DNA from: an uncultured virus (IMG/VR IMGVR_UViG_3300034062_003972)
Lineage: Duplodnaviria > Heunggongvirae > Uroviricota > Caudoviricetes
Reading direction: 5' to 3' (one strand)
Length of the DNA stretch: 64,000 bases
Virus record (IMG/VR): IMGVR_UViG_3300034062_003972
Below, piece after piece: positions 17,896 to 25,882 of this stretch. Under the pieces are notes generated by a model. It searched no databases. It saw nothing but the letters and a program-made list of their open reading frames with translations, and was not told the origin of the DNA. Made by a program: the position numbers and the translations under genes. The stretch's first letter is position 1; the number at the start of each line of letters is the position of its first letter.

Positions 17896-18537
17896 CTACC
17901 TCCTGACGTAAGACAAAGCATCACGAAGCCACCGCACCCGCTCATCGGCCGGGAACACTCCGCAGGCGTGATAGACAAAGTCGCCCGGCTGCCAGTGACC
18001 GCCGATCTCGTCGCGGGCGTTGGCGGGACGGTTCCACACGCAACTGTTGAAAGCGCGGAGCGGAGCAACCGTAATCAAGTCCTCCGGCACAGTTTTGATG
18101 TTCTGAAGCCACGTCTGCCAGATGCACGGCAGGCCGCTCCACTCGTCCTCGCGGGTGGCGATGGCGTGAAGCAGGCCGCGCGATGGGGTCGTGTTCTTCC
18201 AGATCATGCTGCCGCAGTTGATTCCGTTCCACTCCACAATTCCCTCTTCGCACACAGTGACGTGTGGCCCGAGAGACGGCACGTCCTCGATCTGTTGCGC
18301 CATGTTCGTAATGATGGCGTCGCAGTCGAGCGTCCAGAGGAGGTCGAACCTGTCGAGGTAGTCGCAGAGGTAGTGCGTGTTGCGCGCCGCCTCTTCGTAT
18401 GGCTGGTTGTCGCAGACAAGCGAATAGCCGTGCCGCAGGCAATATTCCAGTTTGTTCGGAGTGGTCAGCGCAGACAGTTCGGCGACGTTGGCCGAGACGC
18501 TGGTCACGACGGCAACTTTGACTTGCGTGCTGCTCAT
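17896..18537 (-). CDS. Second GT34-like glycosyltransferase
   Basis: NKLEYCLRHGY, WTLDCD, INCGSM, WQPGDFVYH. Confidence 0.8.
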   Translation of the reverse strand: MSSTQVKVAVVTSVSANVAELSALTTPNKLEYCLRHGYSLVCDNQPYEEAARNTHYLCDYLDRFDLLWTLDCDAIITNMAQQIEDVPSLGPHVTVCEEGIVEWNGINCGSMIWKNTTPSRGLLHAIATREDEWSGLPCIWQTWLQNIKTVPEDLITVAPLRAFNSCVWNRPANARDEIGGHWQPGDFVYHACGVFPADERVRWLRDALSYVRR

Positions 18538-18559
18538 GCTGTGCCGCTCCTGGCCCGCA

Positions 18560-18760
18560 TCACTTGACTCCGATGCGGACGGGGGACTGAAGCAGCATCG
18601 CCAGGAGCGCGAGGCCGACGCCATTCGAGAACGTCGCCTCCTTGAGGCCGAACAGTTCCGGCATCGCGAGGTTCCAGGCCAGCATCGCGCCGAGGCCAGC
18701 CAGGGCCAGGAGGGCTGGAAAGAGGCAGGCCCAGAGGAAGATGGTGACGGTTTCCTTCAT
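18560..18760 (-). CDS. Small two-TM membrane protein
   Basis: 66 aa, hydrophobic. Confidence 0.7.
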   Translation of the reverse strand: MKETVTIFLWACLFPALLALAGLGAMLAWNLAMPELFGLKEATFSNGVGLALLAMLLQSPVRIGVK

Positions 18761-18810
18761 GCGCAACTCCGTTCGCGGGTCGCCTATTGTGGCCGGGGGT
18801 AGGCTATGCG

Positions 18811-18987
18811 TCAAGCCGGTTTTTCGGCCTGCTCAAGCCGGTCTGCCGCCGCCTCCATCGCCAGCCGAAACTTCGACGGCATCGAGTCCAGGCGTGCGTC
18901 GGCGGCCAGCGTGCGGAGCGTGTCGGCCAGTTCGTCCGGAGACTTGCCGGCGAGCACGGCCCTGGCTGCGCTAAGGTTGGCGTTCAT
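18811..18987 (-). CDS. Hypothetical protein
   Basis: 58-aa ORF read by hand (MNANLSAARAVL...), GGAG RBS. Confidence 0.55.
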   Translation of the reverse strand: MNANLSAARAVLAGKSPDELADTLRTLAADARLDSMPSKFRLAMEAAADRLEQAEKPA

Positions 18988-19213
18988 AGGATCGCTCCAG
19001 CCTGGAGTACCACGCTGTCACGGCGTCCTCGTCGAACGCCTTTGCGTCGGCAACCTCGTAGCCCATAGGGAAGTGCCGAAGGACTCGCAGCGCTTCCTGC
19101 CGCACGGACTTCGGGATGCGCTTGATGCCGCCTGGGATGTATGGGTTCGCAAGCCGCGTTAGGAACTCGCGGGCTTGCAGGACGGCGCGCGTGCGTTCGG
19201 CTGGGAGCGTCAC
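18971..19213 (-). CDS. BPSL0761-like protein
   Basis: TLPAERTRAV...REFL...VRQEA..LRHFP. Confidence 0.7.
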   Translation of the reverse strand: MTLPAERTRAVLQAREFLTRLANPYIPGGIKRIPKSVRQEALRVLRHFPMGYEVADAKAFDEDAVTAWYSRLERSYERQP

Positions 19214-19449
19214 TTCAACCGCTCCAACAGGCTCCGCAGCGTGGCGGCGCGCTTGTTCGCTACCGGCACGTTGTGCGGGCCGTCGATGTTGGAAAAAAAC
19301 CTGATCGCCCCCCGCTCCTCGTCGGTGAGCCGCAGCCGTTTGATTTCCTCCAGTAGCCATGTGTTCGCCGCCGACATCCTCGCCATAGCCATGTGCGTGT
19401 TGTGAGAACCAGACGGCTCGGCACCGTCCTGCGTGTTGTCATCGCTCAT
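19210..19449 (-). CDS. Hypothetical protein (RLRLTDEER motif)
   Basis: AGGAG RBS; C-terminus paralogous to the next gene. Confidence 0.65.
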   Translation of the reverse strand: MSDDNTQDGAEPSGSHNTHMAMARMSAANTWLLEEIKRLRLTDEERGAIRFFSNIDGPHNVPVANKRAATLRSLLERLK

Positions 19450-19477
19450 CGTTCGCCGCTCCTGATCCTTCACGTTC

Positions 19478-19867
19478 TCAGCCTAGCCGTTCTAGCAGTC
19501 CACGAAGCGTGTCGGCGGTGGTGCCGTAGCCGCGGGAGAAGAACGCAACCGCCGCCCTAATCGCCTCTCGCTCGTCGTCGGTGAGCCGCAGGCGGTCGCT
19601 GCCGCCCCCGACAGACGCATGAGCGCCTTCGGGCAACTGGGCTATCGCCGCCGGCACGGCGTCATGATTCGTATTGAAAAAGCAACTCTTTTCGTCGCTT
19701 TTCTCATATGGCACGGCCGCTGCGGCGACACGTTCACGCCCGCGGAGCATGGCATCTGCCGCCTCGTATGAGAGCCTCGCCCAGTAGTCCATGCTGCGGT
19801 CCTTGTCGGTCGGGGCGGCAAGGAGCCCAGCCAACGCAGCGGCGGCGAAGTGGTCGCGGTCGTTCAT
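19478..19867 (-). CDS. Hypothetical protein (RDxFAAAAL and RLRLTDDER motifs)
   Basis: Common phage N-terminal motif; 129 aa. Confidence 0.7.
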   Translation of the reverse strand: MNDRDHFAAAALAGLLAAPTDKDRSMDYWARLSYEAADAMLRGRERVAAAAVPYEKSDEKSCFFNTNHDAVPAAIAQLPEGAHASVGGGSDRLRLTDDEREAIRAAVAFFSRGYGTTADTLRGLLERLG

Positions 19868-20166
19868 CGATACCTCACCACAGCGATCCACCCACCCTTC
19901 GCCGGCGACCAGGCCACGCCGATGTCCAGGGGCTTGCGCTGCCCCCAGAAGCAGCACCGCCGGATCGCGTCATCGGGCGACGACCGCGAGAAGCCGATGC
20001 CCTCGGTGAGCCGACAGCCCGTGTGCTCGAACCGGCCGCGGCTGGCGAGGACTTCGGCGGCGTCCTGGGCCGACGCGAACGTGACAGGCCCGCGGATGGT
20101 GACGCCACCGTCGGCGACGGCAGAGAGGCACGACAGGGCCATGGCGGCGACCAGCAGGCAACGCAT
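19864..20166 (-). CDS. Secreted small protein, CAP/SCP-like
   Basis: Signal peptide; H...EGIG...IGVA...W. Confidence 0.6.
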   Translation of the reverse strand: MRCLLVAAMALSCLSAVADGGVTIRGPVTFASAQDAAEVLASRGRFEHTGCRLTEGIGFSRSSPDDAIRRCCFWGQRKPLDIGVAWSPAKGGWIAVVRYR

Positions 20167-20183
20167 GGCGATGCTCCTTGAAA

Positions 20184-20432
20184 CTAGGACTTCCGACCCC
20201 ACTCCGCGACGATGCGGAGCGATAACCTCGCGACCTTTTGTTCCAGTGCTTGATTCTCGCGCAGCAACCGCTCGATCCTGGCCTCGGCGATTCGCAGGTC
20301 GTCCTGCGTTCGCCCATATCCGCCGCGGAGCCGCTCGATGCCGCGGTTTGCGGCCCTCGCGCCCTCGACGGCACGAAGGTAGAGCAGTTCCCAGTAGTTG
20401 GACCGCTCCTCCCAGTCGATTCGATCGTCCAT
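20184..20432 (-). CDS. Coiled-coil hypothetical protein
   Basis: 82 aa. Confidence 0.65.
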   Translation of the reverse strand: MDDRIDWEERSNYWELLYLRAVEGARAANRGIERLRGGYGRTQDDLRIAEARIERLLRENQALEQKVARLSLRIVAEWGRKS

Positions 20433-20437
20433 CGGCC

Positions 20438-20632
20438 TCACCCACAGAGGTAGCGGACGTACCACGGACGGTTCGGGCTCGTCGCCGGCGTCTCGATGAC
20501 GTTGATCCTGGCCTCCGCCCAAACCAGGCGGGCGGCCATGTCCTTCACCTGCTTCCGCAGGTCGGCCACCTCGGCGGCCAGCGCGGCTACGTTGACTTCC
20601 ACCTCGATCTTCTGCGCCTTCTTCTTTGCCAC
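20438..20632 (-). CDS. Coiled-coil hypothetical protein
   Basis: AGGAGG RBS, GTG start; 64 aa. Confidence 0.65.
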   Translation of the reverse strand: MAKKKAQKIEVEVNVAALAAEVADLRKQVKDMAARLVWAEARINVIETPATSPNRPWYVRYLCG

Positions 20633-20678
20633 GATTCTGCCTCCTATAGCGGCCAGTAGCCTACCAGACGACGCCCGA

Positions 20679-20915
20679 TCACTCAATGCCGGCTGCGAAG
20701 TCGTCTTCAGCCAGGTATCCCTCAACCCAGCGGTTCAGTTCCTTGGAGTAGGCCGCTAGCGACTCTCGGAGCATATACACGGCAAACGCCAGCCCCTTCG
20801 CCCCCGCCGAGTCGCAGAGTTGCCCCTGCGTCTCGACGGCCTCCATGACGGTGCGGAGTGTGTTCTGCATCGCGAGCAGGCGGCGCAGGACGTCGACTTT
20901 CTCGTCGTTGGTCAT
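20679..20915 (-). CDS. Hypothetical protein
   Basis: ATGA overlap; 78 aa. Confidence 0.65.
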   Translation of the reverse strand: MTNDEKVDVLRRLLAMQNTLRTVMEAVETQGQLCDSAGAKGLAFAVYMLRESLAAYSKELNRWVEGYLAEDDFAAGIE

Positions 20916-21658
20916 GCGTCGATCTGCCCGTTTAAGACCGGCAGCAACTCCCTGGCCCTGGTGACCGCCGTGCCGTCGAAGCAGCGGCGGCACTTGGCGC
21001 AGGTGCCGGTGATGTCCTCGGCCGCGTTGAGCGGGCAGTCGTCGGCATTGAGGCCCGCCGAGCCTGGATCGTAGCCGTCGTAGAACACGACCGGCGCGAG
21101 GGACTTCTCCGGAAACTCGCCGGAGTCGCACTGGTATGACCAGAACCAGTTGCCTGGGTACTGCCGCATCGCCGCGGCCCGAATCCACGAGCCCTTGTCG
21201 ACGCTAAAGTGAACGAACACATTCGCCGCCGGCTCGATGTTCACCGCGTGCTGCGGCAGCCTGGTGACGACCCACTGGGGAATGTCAGGCATCAGCGGCG
21301 CGGCCGCATTGATGCACTCGACAGACTCCTTGAACAGGTCGCCGCCGCCGTTCCAGCGGACGAAGGAGAGGCGGAGGCGGATCGCCCAGCCGGCGATCAG
21401 GGCGGCAGTACGCTGCGGATCGGCCAGGGTACTGTTATAAAGTCGCCATTGCTTCCGGAGGCTCGCCGACCACGTCGATGGCCCGCAGCCAAAGTAGCAC
21501 GTCTGCACGCACACCTTCGTCGGCGTGCAGGTCGTGGCGATCGGGTAGTTGAGGCTGTGGCCGGTGACCTTGTTCGTCGAGAACGGGTTCTCGTCGGGGG
21601 CCAGGAGATCGTCCACGCGGGCGTCGGCGGTCTTCTTCTGGAGGGAGGGGAAGTTCAT
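20912..21658 (-). CDS. Gp88-like (radical SAM-related) protein
   Basis: C-x5-C-x3-CY, RWNGGGD, W.VTR, FSVD, CP...CxxCxxC. Confidence 0.7.
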   Translation of the reverse strand: MNFPSLQKKTADARVDDLLAPDENPFSTNKVTGHSLNYPIATTCTPTKVCVQTCYFGCGPSTWSASLRKQWRLYNSTLADPQRTAALIAGWAIRLRLSFVRWNGGGDLFKESVECINAAAPLMPDIPQWVVTRLPQHAVNIEPAANVFVHFSVDKGSWIRAAAMRQYPGNWFWSYQCDSGEFPEKSLAPVVFYDGYDPGSAGLNADDCPLNAAEDITGTCAKCRRCFDGTAVTRARELLPVLNGQIDA

Positions 21659-22074
21659 TCGGCCAGCCTCCACACGCCCTCGGCATCCTTCTGGAACAGC
21701 GTCGGCCGCAGGCCGGCACGCGCGGCTACAAGAAGCATCGACGGATGGAATACGGCGACATTCTCGCCAAGCGGACCTGCTCGCAGCCCGGCGGCCGCGA
21801 AAGCGGCGACGCCTCGCCTGCGGAACTGCGGGCTCACGAATGCTTCCAGCGTGTCGCGGCCCCGCCAAGTCTCTGTCCTGGCCCAGCCGGCCGTCACGCC
21901 TTCGCAGACGACGACGGCGACGTAGCCGTCGTCGTCGGTCGGGTAGGCATCGCGGGCAAGCCACATGCCCAACTTCCTCTGAAAATCGCTACCGTCGTGA
22001 GTCAGCGACTTGTGGATGAAGACGGCGTCCAGCGACTCCGCGAACCGCTCCGCTGGCATGACGTGGCACATCAT
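21655..22074 (-). CDS. GNAT-family acetyltransferase
   Basis: FVSPQFRRRGVA acetyl-CoA motif A. Confidence 0.7.
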   Translation of the reverse strand: MMCHVMPAERFAESLDAVFIHKSLTHDGSDFQRKLGMWLARDAYPTDDDGYVAVVVCEGVTAGWARTETWRGRDTLEAFVSPQFRRRGVAAFAAAGLRAGPLGENVAVFHPSMLLVAARAGLRPTLFQKDAEGVWRLAE

Positions 22075-22325
22075 CGCTCGAACCTCACATACAGCGGCCC
22101 GTTCTCTCCGAAGTAGGCGCCGAGAGTATTGAACGACAGGTACTCGTCGGCCTCCTCCGGCTCCATGCCGTCCCGCTCGACCAGCACCTGCACGCACTTG
22201 TCGATGTCGTAGACGGCGACAGTCGCGTGGTGGTGGTTCACGGTGTAGCCGATGAGCGCGGCCTCCAGGCCGTCGGCCAGGAGGGCGTCTGGGTTCAGTT
22301 CGGCGAGGGCTTCGAGGGTGGTCAT
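22071..22325 (-). CDS. Conserved phage hypothetical protein
   Basis: ADG.E.A.IG...VYD...EEA.EY..FNT.GAY.GE..P. Confidence 0.75.
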   Translation of the reverse strand: MTTLEALAELNPDALLADGLEAALIGYTVNHHHATVAVYDIDKCVQVLVERDGMEPEEADEYLSFNTLGAYFGENGPLYVRFER

Positions 22326-22974
22326 TTCAGGCACCCCCACTGCTCTGCCATCGCCGCGGCCCACCCAGCGAACGTCTCGCTCCTGATCTTCCAGCGATCA
22401 TCGGAGGGCGGCTCCTTGTTCTGGCCGCTGTCCGTCTGGTTGCCCCACCGAAGCGAGTAACTTCGGCAATCTGCGGAAAGTGCGAGACGGGGGGGGCAAA
22501 CAATGTCGGGGAAAGACGCGGAAGGCTCTTCAGCCAGAGGCACGTCTTCTTGCTGGCGTCGTCGCCGTACTCATACGGCTGGATGAACTGATCCGGCTCA
22601 CGCCACCGGGTCGACAGCACGCCGATTGGGTTCTCGATGGCGATCCGCTCGATCGGAGCGTTCGCCAGCATCATCACGAACGCGATGGCCTCCTCGCGGG
22701 CGTCGCGCCTGGATTGCCCAATCAACGTGCCAGTCTTCATCTTCTTCGTCTGAACATCCCTGTAGGCCCACTCTGCGGCAATCGTCAGGTAGGTGCATGG
22801 CGGGTGCGCGATCATCAAGTCCCAGCCGTCGCCGATCACGTCTCGGACGTCACCGCAGTAGTGTCGGCCAGTAGCCTCCGACGGCAGGAGGTCGCAACTC
22901 ATGGCGTCGTGGCCCGCCGCAATAAAGGCGTCGCGAACGCGACCGCTGTATTCGCAGGCGACGAGGACTCTCAC
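22322..22974 (-). pseudogene. DNA cytosine methyltransferase-like gene split by a frameshift at a C8 run (22489-22496)
   Basis: VLVACEYSG, AHPPC, IENP, KKTCLWL in one frame; conserved RWGNQTDSGQN...RS.T...AMAEQWG in the -1 frame. Confidence 0.75.
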
Positions 22975-23711
22975 GCCACGGCCCCCTGCGCCACGGCCAC
23001 CCGCCGCTCCGCGATCGCCGCGTACTCCGGATTCAACTCGCAGCCGATCGCGTGGCGTCCAAGCCTCGCCGCCACCGCCAGCGTCGTGCCGGAGCCGGCG
23101 AACGGATCGAGCACGACGTCTCCCTCGTTGCTCGACACGCGGATAATCCGCTCGACCAACTCCTCCGGCAGTTGCGTCGGCACGCCCTTCACCCGCTCGC
23201 GGAACGTGCCGCAGACGCGATTGATCTGCCACACGTCTCCCATGATCTTGCCGCCCGGCGCGGCCCGGCGGTCGCCGTACTTTGTCTGCCTGGCCGACGG
23301 CACCGTCACGGCTTCACGGTTGAACGTGAACCGCTTCGCATCCTTGACTGCGTAGTAGATCGGGCGGCTCGTGCGGCCAAACTTGTTGTGGCAGTAGGTT
23401 CCAAAACTTTCGGCCCAGGTGACGCGGTTGCGCATCGTCATGCCGCAACGCTGCATCGCGATGTCGATGTCCGCGCCGTGCTCCTGGCCGCTGATGATCC
23501 ACATCGAGCCCGTCGGCTTGAGGGCGCGGTAGCACCAGTTGATCCAACGCTCGCACCAGATGTCGTAGTCGGGCCGGCGGTCGGCCTTCGGGCCGGCGCC
23601 GTAGTCGAAGCCGAGGTTGTACGGCGGGTCGGCCAGCACGAGGTCGATGCTGTGCTTGTCCAGCGTCGGCAGGATGGCGAGGCAGTCGCCGGTGAGGATG
23701 CGGTGGGTCAC
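22971..23711 (-). CDS. N6/N4 DNA methyltransferase (beta class)
   Basis: DPPY followed by DPFAGSGTT. Confidence 0.9.
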   Translation of the reverse strand: MTHRILTGDCLAILPTLDKHSIDLVLADPPYNLGFDYGAGPKADRRPDYDIWCERWINWCYRALKPTGSMWIISGQEHGADIDIAMQRCGMTMRNRVTWAESFGTYCHNKFGRTSRPIYYAVKDAKRFTFNREAVTVPSARQTKYGDRRAAPGGKIMGDVWQINRVCGTFRERVKGVPTQLPEELVERIIRVSSNEGDVVLDPFAGSGTTLAVAARLGRHAIGCELNPEYAAIAERRVAVAQGAVA

Positions 23712-23718
23712 GGTGGGC

Positions 23719-23877
23719 TCACCCCTGGTAGTACCTGGCCCGCAGATGCCGCTCCTCCGCCGTCCACGACCGCTGAAACTTCTTGCAGGCGACGATGATC
23801 GCCAGCCTGGTCGGATCGGGGGCTCGCTCCTTGGTGCCGCCACGGCCGTCGTTCTGCTTGAGTGAAAGCCTGCTCAC
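23719..23877 (-). CDS. Small protein with PDP...W...EER motif
   Basis: GTGA overlap, AAGGAGG RBS; 52 aa. Confidence 0.55.
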   Translation of the reverse strand: MSRLSLKQNDGRGGTKERAPDPTRLAIIVACKKFQRSWTAEERHLRARYYQG

Positions 23878-24593
23878 CGCATCACCTCCTTGATCCACGG
23901 CACAAACTCGAACACATCCGTATGCCCGCTTTCCTCGCCCTCGCGGCTCTTGAGCGGCCCCTTGTCCCGCATGGTCAGGCTGTTGACCCCGACCAGTTCG
24001 CCACCGCAGAACACCGGCCCGCCGGAGTCGCCGGGGGCAATGCAAATCTCCAGCGGCGACGAGCCGCGGCGGATGTCGCACACCAGCATCTGCCCGTCGT
24101 AACGGGCGATGCGGTTCGTGCCGGCTCGGAGGCGGCCGTCGGAGAGGTCGTGGCCTCCGGACAGCCGCCCGGTGATCCCGTAGCCGACGATACTCACCAC
24201 GCCGCCGACCTCGTGGCGACGAGTAGCCAATGGCGGGTAGGACCGCAGGCCGAAGGAACCCTCCGACCGCAGGAGGGCGATGTCGAACTTGCCCGGCGTG
24301 TCGTCGAAGCCCTCGTGGATGACGACCTCCTCGATTCGATGCCTGGCCGAGCCGGTGATCACCGTGACGCGCTCGGTGCAATGGACGACGTGAGCCGCAG
24401 TCAACGCCCAGCGGTCGGCGATCAGCACTGCCGACGCCATCTGCACGAGGCCGCCGCCGACGCCTGCCTCCAGCCTGGCCGTGTATGGCGCGAAGCCCTC
24501 GGCGTACTTGAGGTACTTCGCATCCGGAACCGCGTCGTCGATGGTGCCTGCGGCGGCCTGGGCGGCGGCGAGGACGATGGCTGCGACTCGCAT
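23874..24593 (-). CDS. Secreted trypsin-like (S1) serine protease
   Basis: Signal-like N-terminus, LTAAH, DIALL, GDSGGP. Confidence 0.9.
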   Translation of the reverse strand: MRVAAIVLAAAQAAAGTIDDAVPDAKYLKYAEGFAPYTARLEAGVGGGLVQMASAVLIADRWALTAAHVVHCTERVTVITGSARHRIEEVVIHEGFDDTPGKFDIALLRSEGSFGLRSYPPLATRRHEVGGVVSIVGYGITGRLSGGHDLSDGRLRAGTNRIARYDGQMLVCDIRRGSSPLEICIAPGDSGGPVFCGGELVGVNSLTMRDKGPLKSREGEESGHTDVFEFVPWIKEVMR

Positions 24594-24694
24594 CAGTCCA
24601 TGTGCCTCCAGAGAGAGCAGTACGTCGCCGCCCCGGCGATCACGAGCAGCGTCGCTACGTTGAGCCAGACATTCAGGTGCTGCTCGATGGTCAC
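24593..24694 (-). CDS. Small membrane peptide
   Basis: 33 aa, one TM, overlaps both neighbours. Confidence 0.45.
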   Translation of the reverse strand: MTIEQHLNVWLNVATLLVIAGAATYCSLWRHMD

Positions 24695-24903
24695 TTGAGC
24701 GACTCCAGAAGTCTGGCGATCTCTGCGTGCGTCGGCCGCTTGGGCGACCGCGCCTCCATGTATTCGCTCGCCACCCACGCTGCGAAGTTGACGGCCACCT
24801 TCGCGTCATCCCTCGGCACGACGCCACGAGGATTGCCGGCCATCCTGGCGGCGACCTGCTCGGTCAACGCCCACAGCCGGCTCTCCCAGTCGACGCCTTT
24901 CAT
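24691..24903 (-). CDS. Hypothetical protein
   Basis: GGAGG RBS, ATGA overlap. Confidence 0.65.
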   Translation of the reverse strand: MKGVDWESRLWALTEQVAARMAGNPRGVVPRDDAKVAVNFAAWVASEYMEARSPKRPTHAEIARLLESLK

Positions 24904-25139
24904 TTGGCCTCCAGCCAATCGGTGAACCCCTCGATGAGGTCATCGTAGGTTCCGTCCATGTGAACCTCGATCGCCTCGGCGATGCGGGCGAACTGCACGC
25001 CAAGTTGGTACATGGACGACTGATCCTCGTCGCGGTCGACGCGGAACGTTACCGAATGCTTCGTCGAGGCGACGTGCATGAAGGCTTCGCCGTAGACGTC
25101 GACTTCGGCCTCAACGCGGCCGCGGATTTCGTCGCTCAT
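24900..25139 (-). CDS. Acidic hypothetical protein
   Basis: AAGGAGG RBS; 79 aa. Confidence 0.7.
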   Translation of the reverse strand: MSDEIRGRVEAEVDVYGEAFMHVASTKHSVTFRVDRDEDQSSMYQLGVQFARIAEAIEVHMDGTYDDLIEGFTDWLEAK

Positions 25140-25309
25140 TGCTTTGCCACCTCCTTCGGCCTGTCGAGCAGTTCCCTCCGCAGAATCTGCACCTCTGGCG
25201 GAGCCTGGATCGCGAGGCGAACCTGACCGTCGACAATCCTCGTGACGAGGATTTCGATGTCCTTGCCGATCAAGAGGCGATCGCCGCGGCGGCGGGTGAC
25301 GACGAGCAT
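25136..25309 (-). CDS. csrA: Carbon storage regulator CsrA/RsmA
   Basis: MLVVTRRRGDRLLIG.DIEI.V...QVRLAIQAP.EV.ILRREL. Confidence 0.9.
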   Translation of the reverse strand: MLVVTRRRGDRLLIGKDIEILVTRIVDGQVRLAIQAPPEVQILRRELLDRPKEVAKQ

Positions 25310-25310
25310 G

Positions 25311-25326
25311 ACCGAATCCGTTCGGT
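25311..25326 (-). promoter_or_regulatory. GGA-loop hairpin directly before the csrA start (putative autoregulatory site)
   Basis: ACCGAA-CGGA-TTCGGT, 1 nt before ATG. Confidence 0.6.
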
Positions 25327-25405
25327 AAGGCCGGCGGCTGGCCGATGAGTCAGGAAGTGGACGAACCATCGGCCAGCCATGTGCCGGCTTGTGTGTGCGA
25401 GTAGA

Positions 25406-25882
25406 TTATGGGGCTGGGTGGAGCGTGTCAAGGTGGTTTTTGCAGGCGTCACGCACTGCCTGCCGTGGATGGTCTTTGGCCGCCCACTGAACGTAGTCCA
25501 GGCCGCGAGGCTGCTCGATAGCCTCGGCGATTGTGTGGCCCGCGAAACGACCGTCGCGGAAGACGAATTCCTCCTTCGGCGGAGCCAGGTGACCGACCAG
25601 GGCAGGCTCCCGCGAGCACGTCCCACACACGGCACATTCCAGCCTCCACTCGCCGCGCTGCTCGTCGATGATGTCCATCGCAGTCGAGCCGCACGAGTCG
25701 CCCCAGCACTGGTAGTGGCCGTCGATGGTGCCGAGCCTCTGCGTGGGCCTTTGCCCTATAAAAGAAGGCGTTTTTTCAGGAGGCGCGGCAACCTCTTCGG
25801 TCGCGACGACCTTCTTGCGCGCGCGCGCAGGTGTTTTCCGCCGCTCCGGTTCGTCAGGCGTTGTGTCGAAAAGTAGGCTCAT
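25406..25882 (-). CDS. Zn-ribbon hypothetical protein
   Basis: C-x4-C...CAVCG. Confidence 0.7.
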   Translation of the reverse strand: MSLLFDTTPDEPERRKTPARARKKVVATEEVAAPPEKTPSFIGQRPTQRLGTIDGHYQCWGDSCGSTAMDIIDEQRGEWRLECAVCGTCSREPALVGHLAPPKEEFVFRDGRFAGHTIAEAIEQPRGLDYVQWAAKDHPRQAVRDACKNHLDTLHPAP

